IMG/VR virus record: IMGVR_UViG_3300032213_000678
Span: 1-32,795 of that record
Source: a virus
Taxonomy: Duplodnaviria > Caudoviricetes
Direction: 5' to 3' (one strand)
DNA length: 32,795 nt
A program made the position numbers and the translations under genes. The notes beneath the pieces were generated by a model. It did not search any database and was not told where the DNA came from. It worked only from the letters and a program-made list of their open reading frames with translations. Positions 1 through 7,505 of the stretch are shown here, piece by piece. Each line of letters starts with the position of its first letter. The first letter of the stretch is position 1.

Positions 1-123
1 CTGCTTCCTGTTGTTTGTTGATTTGTTCAACAGTCTTTTCATACTTATTCCACAATGCACCAAGCTCTTTAGGCGCTCTAAACACCATCGTCTCGCGCAA
101 CTCTGCCATCATTGAATCTAATC
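1..123. repeat. 123-bp direct terminal repeat, identical to 32673-32795 (circular-assembly overlap)
   Basis: Exact match from ctgcttcctgttg to attgaatctaatc at both ends; it lies inside a continuous ORF. Confidence 0.97.
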
Positions 124-508
124 TGGACTCAATAATAATCTTGCGTAATGCTCTGCGACCTAATGACTCTTGGCCTTTGTACACAGTAGTGTTTGCTATT
201 TCTTCTGCAAGTAGCGCTTTACTTAACTGGTCTTGCGCGTCCAGCAATGCACCAAGTTGATTACCAATATCAGTGAACACATCATTAGGATCGGCCTTAG
301 CTATCTCTTGTACTCTAACTACTTCTTCGTTGTACTGAATCTTCTGTGCTGGTGTAGGGTTCGGTATCTTATTAAACTGAACCTTTAAATCATCTAGCAC
401 TTCCTTTACATCACCAGCCGCACCTTTAATATCTTTGTATAACTGACAGCCTTTCTTAACTGCAGCTACAGCAGCATTAGCTAACGCAAGTAAAGTGAGA
501 GGATCAAT
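1..508 (-). CDS. 5' part of a 227-aa coiled-coil/membrane protein spanning the junction (continues at 32672 down to 32497); probable ATT start
   Basis: Open frame IDPLTLLALANAAVAAVKKGCQLYKDIKG... joins in frame to MMAELRET... (ATG at 112 = 32784); AAGGGG SD; in-frame TAA two codons upstream of the ATT. Confidence 0.8.
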   Translation of the reverse strand, partial: MDPLTLLALANAAVAAVKKGCQLYKDIKGAAGDVKEVLDDLKVQFNKIPNPTPAQKIQYNEEVVRVQEIAKADPNDVFTDIGNQLGALLDAQDQLSKALLAEEIANTTVYKGQESLGRRALRKIIIESRLDSMMAELRETMVFRAPKELGALWNKYEKTVEQINKQQEA

Positions 509-511
509 CTC

Positions 512-667
512 TTACCCCTTCAGGACAATCGACAGCAGCAGCATGATAATTGCACCAGCACTGCCAATTAATATTTGCTCAAGACGTTTTAAACGTGCGT
601 TGATACCTGCGTATCTAATAGCGCAAACTTCTTCATGGGTGTTTAATTTAAAAGCAAGGTCATCCAC
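512..667 (-). CDS. 51-aa membrane protein (coiled coil plus C-terminal TM; holin/XhlA-like lysis-cassette protein)
   Basis: Not in the ORF track; GTG start after AGGGGA SD; MDDLAFKLNTHEEVCAIRYAGINARLKRLEQILIGSAGAIIMLLLSIVLKG. Confidence 0.75.
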   Translation of the reverse strand: MDDLAFKLNTHEEVCAIRYAGINARLKRLEQILIGSAGAIIMLLLSIVLKG

Positions 668-680
668 AATCTATCCCCTA

Positions 681-1055
681 TTATTTAGTAGTAACTTCTA
701 CCCAGGATAGAATTTCCTCATTCCATAAATAGATTTTTCCATCAGTAGGCATAGCTGTTGGTGCTTGCCATTGGTAGGTATTTTCATTCAATACCCAGCT
801 TTCATAAGGTTTAATCGGAAGGAATACATCACGCTGTTGATCGTATGTGTATCCAATACCGGCATAGTTTCCACGAAACGGAGTACCGCCATTTGTATGA
901 GTATTTGCTACAGTATGATAGCTAGTGCGTTTACATACTTGGCCACGAAAATCTCCATACCATTGCTCCCAATCAATACCATCTTCACCCTCATCTTTGC
1001 CGGGAATGACTTCTGTAACTACATTATTGCTATCTAAAAATGCGTAATGAGCCAT
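681..1055 (-). CDS. Tail-fibre-associated protein (possible fibre assembly/chaperone)
   Basis: MAHYAFLD...NYAGIGYTYD...F.P.KPYESWVLNE.T..WQAP pattern, typical of phage proteins that follow Gly-rich fibre genes; start at 1055 preferred over 1067. Confidence 0.7.
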   Translation of the reverse strand: MAHYAFLDSNNVVTEVIPGKDEGEDGIDWEQWYGDFRGQVCKRTSYHTVANTHTNGGTPFRGNYAGIGYTYDQQRDVFLPIKPYESWVLNENTYQWQAPTAMPTDGKIYLWNEEILSWVEVTTK

Positions 1056-1060
1056 ATCAA

Positions 1061-1966
1061 TCACCATGAAATATTGCCAGTACCAGCAGTAAACTTATAG
1101 ATGGTATTGCCACCTGACGTAGTTTTTGTATAAGTTAAACCACCACCAATTGACGCTAAATTAGCATAAGTAGATGGATAACTGATAATCACAATACCGC
1201 TACCCCCAGCACCGCCGCCAGCTTGGTTTGAGTTGTCTTTAGTGCCGCCAGCTCCGCCGCCGCCTCCAGTATTTACGGATCCCGCTACGCCATATAAGCC
1301 AGTTGCGCCTGTTGCCGTAGTTCCAGCGCCGCCGCCTCCAAAACCGCCAGAACCAGGAGTACCGCCAGCCGTTGTATCGTAAACAGCCGCACCGCCGCCG
1401 CCAGCGTAGCCTGTGCTTGAGCCTGAAATTGATGAGCTTGAGCCGCTACCACCGTTACCGCCAAGCAAAGTCGTACCATTATCGCCAACAGCAGCAGAGC
1501 CCCCGCCCCCGCCGCCGCCATAATTCGGGCCTGATGGGTTGCCTGATCCGCCGGCATTTCCTTGGCCTGACGTTCCAGAACCCCCAGCCGCGCCGGTTCC
1601 ACCAGTTGGCTGACCCCCGCCGCCGGAGCCGCCAGATGAGCCAGCAGTCGCAGTTACAGAAGTGGCACTACCTCCTCGACCACCGCCAGTAGAAGTAATA
1701 GAACCAAATACAGAATCAGAACCATTAGTACCAGAAGTGCCGCCTTCATGTTGCGGCCCACCACCGCCAATAGTTACAGTGTAATTTGATCCCGCTGAAA
1801 CAGATAATGTTGACTCTCTATATCCACCCGCGCCTCCGCCACCCGCGCCGCCAACGCCACTAACGCCTCCGCCTCCAGAGCCGCCGCCAGCAACAACAAG
1901 ATAACTTACTGATGATGGGGCAGCAGCGCCGCCTCTACTTAACAATAAATTTAAAACTCCACTCAT
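1061..1966 (-). CDS. Glycine-rich domain tail/receptor-binding protein
   Basis: YLVVAGGGSGG...GGGGAGG...GGSGIVIISYP Gly-rich domain; TAATG coupling with the upstream gene places the start at 1966. Confidence 0.8.
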   Translation of the reverse strand: MSGVLNLLLSRGGAAAPSSVSYLVVAGGGSGGGGVSGVGGAGGGGAGGYRESTLSVSAGSNYTVTIGGGGPQHEGGTSGTNGSDSVFGSITSTGGGRGGSATSVTATAGSSGGSGGGGQPTGGTGAAGGSGTSGQGNAGGSGNPSGPNYGGGGGGGSAAVGDNGTTLLGGNGGSGSSSSISGSSTGYAGGGGAAVYDTTAGGTPGSGGFGGGGAGTTATGATGLYGVAGSVNTGGGGGAGGTKDNSNQAGGGAGGSGIVIISYPSTYANLASIGGGLTYTKTTSGGNTIYKFTAGTGNISW

Positions 1967-3021
1967 TAGGTTAACCCCGATCCTGAAATGAGCCACGTTG
2001 TAGAAGTCATCTTAATTGCAGTTGCCATACCATACAGCGCTAATGTTCTACTTCCAGTAGTACCTGTTCCAGCCAAATACATTGTGTCACTTGTGATTGC
2101 AATCGTTACAGCTTGGCTAGTCATGTTAATAAACGTCAGCACAGTACCCAATGGATACGCTACGTTAGCATTACTATCAATAGTGAATGTTCGTGCGTTT
2201 GCATCTGTTGATGGGTGGAATATAACTTTTCCAGAGTCTGCCAGCACCGTTGTGTATGCAGCGGATTTGCTGCTAATAGGTACATTTCTAAACCCAACTG
2301 CATCAGTGCCATCAGCAGTACAGTTTGTTAATGTGCCTGATGATGGTGTACCCAATGCACCACTAGGTGCAACGTAGTCTGTACCAGCCGTAGCGGCAGA
2401 CGCAACACCTGATGTAGCCTTAACCAAACCAGTTAGTGACGCACGTTTAATTAACTTGCCTGTTGTGCTGTTAAACAATGCCAACTCAGAATCAACAGAA
2501 GCAGATGGGCCAGATACGTCACCAGAGCCTGTATCACCTTTGGCTGCTAACACTAACCAGTAAGCAGTTTGTGTTGCTGGGTTTTGATTGGTGCTTGCTT
2601 GAATAGCCAAGTAACTTGAGCCACTTAAACTAACAACATCATTAACTGCATACGTTGAACCTGATCCCCACGCACCTCGCGGAGTGAATCCAACTGCAGC
2701 TGCAGCAGCCGATCCTTCATACACAGAATAGAAGCAGACAAGTGCTGAGCCAGTAGATGCAGCAGCTTGTATGTAGTCACCAGCATTTACATTAATTGGT
2801 TTTGGCCAAGTGTAGGTAGTGTTAGCTCCAACAGATATGCCAGTAGCCACAGTAGTAGTTGTGCCTAAACTCTGTATATAAATTTTCAGAGTAATAGTTA
2901 CAGCACTGCCAGTATTGTTTGCAAACACCAGGCCATGCACTGATGCTTCAAGTGTAGATGGGCAGGTATAGATTGTGGTATCGCTTGTGCCAATCGCAAT
3001 TGGCTTGCCTTTTAATGCCAT
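1966..3021 (-). CDS. Modular tail fibre/adaptor protein with a CBM5/12-like motif
   Basis: N-terminal beta-rich module, then W...Y..ND.V...GSSY.A.......P.....W, then a fibre-like C-terminus; lies in the tail module. Confidence 0.7.
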   Translation of the reverse strand: MALKGKPIAIGTSDTTIYTCPSTLEASVHGLVFANNTGSAVTITLKIYIQSLGTTTTVATGISVGANTTYTWPKPINVNAGDYIQAAASTGSALVCFYSVYEGSAAAAAVGFTPRGAWGSGSTYAVNDVVSLSGSSYLAIQASTNQNPATQTAYWLVLAAKGDTGSGDVSGPSASVDSELALFNSTTGKLIKRASLTGLVKATSGVASAATAGTDYVAPSGALGTPSSGTLTNCTADGTDAVGFRNVPISSKSAAYTTVLADSGKVIFHPSTDANARTFTIDSNANVAYPLGTVLTFINMTSQAVTIAITSDTMYLAGTGTTGSRTLALYGMATAIKMTSTTWLISGSGLT

Positions 3022-3023
3022 GA

Positions 3024-4463
3024 TTAACTCCCAAAAACCAAGGCCATCGCAACAGGATCTGGGATGGCAGAAACAGAGGCGGCAGTTGCCGGTGTAAAAG
3101 TAAGTGCATTTGTAACGTCAGTGCTGCTTAATGTAACTGCACCTGTTCGCGTATTAAAACTTGTGACTGCACCGCTAACAGAAAATGCAGCCTGGTCCCA
3201 ACTAGATCCTGTCCAGATAAAAAGTAGATTAGATGTAGAGTTCCAATACAGCGCACCTGTTAGCAATGCATTGCCATCATTGTCTACAGATGGTGCGCTA
3301 GACTTAGCTCCAAGATATCGATCATCAAAACTATCGTAGCTTGCAGCCGCAGCAGTAGCAGATGCGCTGGCAGATGTTGCACTAGATGATGCAGATAGTG
3401 CGCTAATGCTTGCAGATGTAGCCGCAGACTGAGCAGTTAATGCGTTTGTACTTGCGCTTTGTACTGCACCAATGTTTGCAGATACGGTGGTAATGTCAGC
3501 ACTAATAGGGCCAAGCGCAGCTAAGTCAGCAGTGCGTAATGCCAGCAATCCAATCTGGGTAGACTGACCTGCCACTGTGCTAATCTGTGTAGACTGACTT
3601 GCTACTGTAGTTATCTGTGGGCTGATAGCGCCAAGCGCGGCAATGTTTGCAGTCTGTCCAGCAACAGCATTTAAGTTTGTAGAACTAAGCGCAGCAACCT
3701 GTACAACCTGGGTGCTAATGCTTGATACATTTGTAATCTGTGTAGCAATGGGAGCAAGCACCGCCATATTGGCAGTGGCACCAGCAAGCGCTGTTAGCTG
3801 TGCAGAGTTTAATGAGGCCACAGTTACTACGCTAGGAGCAATATTTGCAACAGTAGTAATGTTTGCTGATATAGGAGCCAGAGTATTAATCTGTGCCGAC
3901 TGTCCAGCAACTGTAGTTACCTTGGTGCTGATGCCAGCAACAGTAGTAACATCAGCAGCAATGTTCGCTACAACATCAACAGCAGTGGAAGTTGGACCAG
4001 GAGTAGGATTACCATCCACATCAAACGCAAGATACTTACCGGCTCTTGATGCCTTGCCAGGTAATGTCATGTTGATAGATGTTGGATCTGTCTGTGGTGC
4101 CTGGAGCGCACGCTGCAAACCTTCAGCATTTTGCTGAGCAAAGATTGTTTGCTGGTCTAGCTCATCATTAACTGTGTTGGCAAAGAAGTCACCGCCAGTA
4201 ACAAAGTCTGTGGTGCGCTGAATGCTTCGGTTGCCAACGATAGCAATCTGAGTTGCACCAGTAGGTGTAGCAGTCAGCGTAACAAAACCAGTGCCATTAC
4301 TATTGATAGTAACGGTGTAGTTTGTAGTTAGGGTGAGCAACGTGTTATCGCGATAGACAGCGATATCCGTAGCGGTCAGGATCTCAAACGTAAAGTTATA
4401 TGGGCCAGTTCCACTAGCCGCATAAACTACACGCCTGGTCACATTGGATATGGGTACTCCCAT
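3024..4463 (-). CDS. Tail fibre protein (T7 gp17-like N-terminal anchor, repetitive shaft)
   Basis: N-terminal YNFTFEI....DI.VY...R..DF..G...N.ELD anchor; TTVA repeats; DDRYLGAK...GALYWN motif; ends AMALVFGS. Confidence 0.85.
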   Translation of the reverse strand: MGVPISNVTRRVVYAASGTGPYNFTFEILTATDIAVYRDNTLLTLTTNYTVTINSNGTGFVTLTATPTGATQIAIVGNRSIQRTTDFVTGGDFFANTVNDELDQQTIFAQQNAEGLQRALQAPQTDPTSINMTLPGKASRAGKYLAFDVDGNPTPGPTSTAVDVVANIAADVTTVAGISTKVTTVAGQSAQINTLAPISANITTVANIAPSVVTVASLNSAQLTALAGATANMAVLAPIATQITNVSSISTQVVQVAALSSTNLNAVAGQTANIAALGAISPQITTVASQSTQISTVAGQSTQIGLLALRTADLAALGPISADITTVSANIGAVQSASTNALTAQSAATSASISALSASSSATSASASATAAAASYDSFDDRYLGAKSSAPSVDNDGNALLTGALYWNSTSNLLFIWTGSSWDQAAFSVSGAVTSFNTRTGAVTLSSTDVTNALTFTPATAASVSAIPDPVAMALVFGS

Positions 4464-4490
4464 GGTCAACCCTTCCTATAAAAATTATTG

Positions 4491-7400
4491 CTATTTTGCA
4501 TAATTACCAAGGCGAGGCAAGCGGTTTTGAGCACGCTCAATTCGCTGTTCAATAGCGCCAGAGAATTTACTATTCATTAACAATTCATTCTGAGCTGCTT
4601 TGGTAAAGCTCTCATACACATCTTTTATGTTGTCCTGCTTTACGTTCAGATCATTGTCAACAAAACCTGGGCTAATGTATGTTGCCCATATTGCATCTTT
4701 TAACCTGTTGCCATTACTGTCTGTAATAGTGCCAAGTCTCTTCATCATAAATTCATACTCTTCAGGCTCCAGCTTTATGCTAACGCCACCAGCTCTCAGG
4801 TTTATGTCAGGCTTTTTAAGCGGTATCCCTAGATTAATAATTACTTTATCTGCTGGACGCTGCTTGCTTTCGCTAAAACGCACACCACTCATGCCGGCTA
4901 ACCATGGGGATGATGGATCAACATCATTCATTTTCTCGCCAAGATAGTCATATTGCTGTGGCAGATCCTCGCTAAGAATAGGAGTTCTTGCTATAGACTT
5001 ATTAAGGCCCTCATAGAAACCTTTGATGCCAGTATCCAGGCTAGGTGATGCTGATGTATTGCGTTTATCAGGATCAAACCCACGCTCAATCATAGCTCTA
5101 GAGCTTGAGAATATTCCTACCGGAGATCCTTCCACAGCATACTGCGCAGCACCTGATGCTATACCATCAATGGCACTTTTAAATGCAGCCTTTGGATTAG
5201 GTATGCTTTGAGAGAATGACCCAGCCAATGCACTGATACCCTGCAAGAATGGCATCTGGCCAACGTAGTTGTACAGTCCCCAGCCAGCACCCAACAAAAC
5301 CTGCGCAGATGCGTCCTCGTCATCTTCATACCTGGCATATTCAACGGCATCAGCAACCATGGCCAATGGCCCACCAATAGGCTCAATGCCTCTGAATGGA
5401 ACATATAATTTACCATCTTGTCCAATTGATGGATCAATACGCATTGCCTTTAAATCGCTAACAAATTCCTGATCCCATTCGCCATTTTGGAATACAAATG
5501 AATAAGGCTTCCAGCCACTGGCCAGGTATTCATTTCTCAGATTTGTATTGCCCGGGCCACCGCCTGTGATCCTGCCATCAGCAACGTAGCTGCCGGCACC
5601 AATCATAATCATGCTGCCGATACCCATCTTTGCTATGGCTAGTTCACGCTTAGCACCACCAGCAAGAACATCTGATTGCCATTGTTTAGATGCAAATGCA
5701 AATGGACTATGCTGCATAGATTCTGATGCAACCCATACAGGAGTTTTAACGAATGGCATAATGATGCGGCCAATTAAATGATCCTGTGCCAGCTTTTGAA
5801 ACTGAGCAGAACCGCCAGTTAGCTTACGACTAAACGTAATCATCTGAGAAAAATCAGTAGCTGCCTCATCTATTTCTTTTGGAGGATCGCCAAGAATTTC
5901 ACCCATCTTTGCCAGGCCAATTTTATCTGCCTCATCAGCTGTCTTACCACCTTCTATTGCAGCTTTTTTAGCTTGCTGACTAGATCTAAATGCTTGTGCA
6001 TATAGCTCTGCTCTGTAACCCATGGTTTTGAACATCTCATCCATGGCCATAATTGGCCGGCCACCAAGCAGAGTTACAAAATTAGCATAAGCATTAATGC
6101 CTTTTACTAAAGTTTCATTCTCAAACCCATAGTTTCTAGCATCAAATATTTGATTCTGTCCTTCCAGTTTTTTGCCGGCATCGCTCATGATATCCATGCC
6201 TTCGCGCATTTCCCTGGTAGTGCCTGTCTTTAATGCTTCCCAACTTAATCCAAAACCTTCTCTAAAAGAATGCACAATGCCGGCCAGCATAGCTGCAGAT
6301 TCTCCCAACTCAATATCAGCTGTTAAACCAATAGCTCCTTTTGCTGTACCTATACCCTCAGCAGCTGCTCTTGTAGCGACAGAGCTGGCAAGAAACGTCA
6401 CGTTACTGGATAGGTTAGTTATGTGTGTACCTAATGCGGATAACAGTCCATTCTTATATGTTCTGTCCCATAGATCTGGAATGATGCCCCACTTAGATAC
6501 CTTGTTAATCAATCCTTCTTTGGCTGCGTCATCACTTAGCGTGACAAACTTATCCACAAGTATCTTTAGGTTTTCAGGTATCTGAGGATCAGCAAGCATT
6601 GCTTTCATCTCAGCATCATTAACGCCAGGTATCTTTACGTTTTTACCGTTAAGGATATCTTGAGCCATGGCCGGACTAACATCAATCCTGCCGGCTGCGG
6701 TAGCCTGGGCTCCAGCTGTACGCATACCAATATAGGTATCTAATATGGAATTATGGATACTCAAAGATCTAAGCAATTGCGCTTGATTCTCTGGTGTTAA
6801 TCCTTTGGTATAGGCATCAATTGCCAGCTGCTCAAAGTCTTTAGCATTCTTAGCAAGAGCAAGCCTAGACCTAACAACATCAGTAGGCATCTCAGCATAT
6901 TGCTGCTTCATTGACTCAAGATCTGCCAATACATCTCGGCTAAAACCTTTAGCTTTAGCATCAGCAATCAGCTCTTCAAAGGTAACCTTTTCTACTCGCA
7001 CGCCACTTGATTGAGCCAGAGAATCAACCACCTGCTTAAAATCTTCTGGGCCATCAATACGGTCAATATTAACCAACGGTTTTGGCACAGCTGTGCCTGG
7101 TACCGGTGGTGCAGCCGTTAATGTTTGCTCGATGTTCTCAAGCTGGCCAGGCAATTGCTGGAGCTCGGTTGCAGTCTTTGGCTGCGCTTTAACCTTTGGC
7201 TTAGCAACAGGAGCAGCAGCAGGAATAGGCGCTACTGGTGGAGCACCAACAACGCCAGGAGGCGTAGCATTAGGTATTGATGGACTAGCAGAGTTAAGCG
7301 CTTTGGCAGCTCTTGCATCTTGCCCAGCTTTGTATGCTTTACCACCCTTGGTAAGCATTTCAGTTATTGCATTTATGGGGCCAGCAACCTGAATGGTTTC

Positions 7401-7505
7401 ATTATTACCAACATCTGTCGGCTCAATGCCTGGCACAACACTATCTGGTGCAGTCTCACCCAGCATTAGATCCAAGCGGTTTTCAAGGGATGCTTTAAGT
7501 GTCAT
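4491..7505 (-). CDS. Large internal virion (ejection) protein, in the T7 gp16 position
   Basis: 1004 aa, helical, last gene before the tail fibre; PFVKTP and GRITGGGP motifs as in podovirus internal proteins. Confidence 0.75.
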   Translation of the reverse strand: MTLKASLENRLDLMLGETAPDSVVPGIEPTDVGNNETIQVAGPINAITEMLTKGGKAYKAGQDARAAKALNSASPSIPNATPPGVVGAPPVAPIPAAAPVAKPKVKAQPKTATELQQLPGQLENIEQTLTAAPPVPGTAVPKPLVNIDRIDGPEDFKQVVDSLAQSSGVRVEKVTFEELIADAKAKGFSRDVLADLESMKQQYAEMPTDVVRSRLALAKNAKDFEQLAIDAYTKGLTPENQAQLLRSLSIHNSILDTYIGMRTAGAQATAAGRIDVSPAMAQDILNGKNVKIPGVNDAEMKAMLADPQIPENLKILVDKFVTLSDDAAKEGLINKVSKWGIIPDLWDRTYKNGLLSALGTHITNLSSNVTFLASSVATRAAAEGIGTAKGAIGLTADIELGESAAMLAGIVHSFREGFGLSWEALKTGTTREMREGMDIMSDAGKKLEGQNQIFDARNYGFENETLVKGINAYANFVTLLGGRPIMAMDEMFKTMGYRAELYAQAFRSSQQAKKAAIEGGKTADEADKIGLAKMGEILGDPPKEIDEAATDFSQMITFSRKLTGGSAQFQKLAQDHLIGRIIMPFVKTPVWVASESMQHSPFAFASKQWQSDVLAGGAKRELAIAKMGIGSMIMIGAGSYVADGRITGGGPGNTNLRNEYLASGWKPYSFVFQNGEWDQEFVSDLKAMRIDPSIGQDGKLYVPFRGIEPIGGPLAMVADAVEYARYEDDEDASAQVLLGAGWGLYNYVGQMPFLQGISALAGSFSQSIPNPKAAFKSAIDGIASGAAQYAVEGSPVGIFSSSRAMIERGFDPDKRNTSASPSLDTGIKGFYEGLNKSIARTPILSEDLPQQYDYLGEKMNDVDPSSPWLAGMSGVRFSESKQRPADKVIINLGIPLKKPDINLRAGGVSIKLEPEEYEFMMKRLGTITDSNGNRLKDAIWATYISPGFVDNDLNVKQDNIKDVYESFTKAAQNELLMNSKFSGAIEQRIERAQNRLPRLGNYAK

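Noticed and set aside
681-4469. Diversity-generating retroelement acting on the tail fibres, as in BPP-1
   Set aside because: No reverse transcriptase gene, and no TR/VR repeat pair was visible
5159-5437. Nested same-strand ORF in the 1004-aa gene
   Set aside because: The host frame is fully protein-like here and the nested peptide has off-frame composition, unlike 7543-7731
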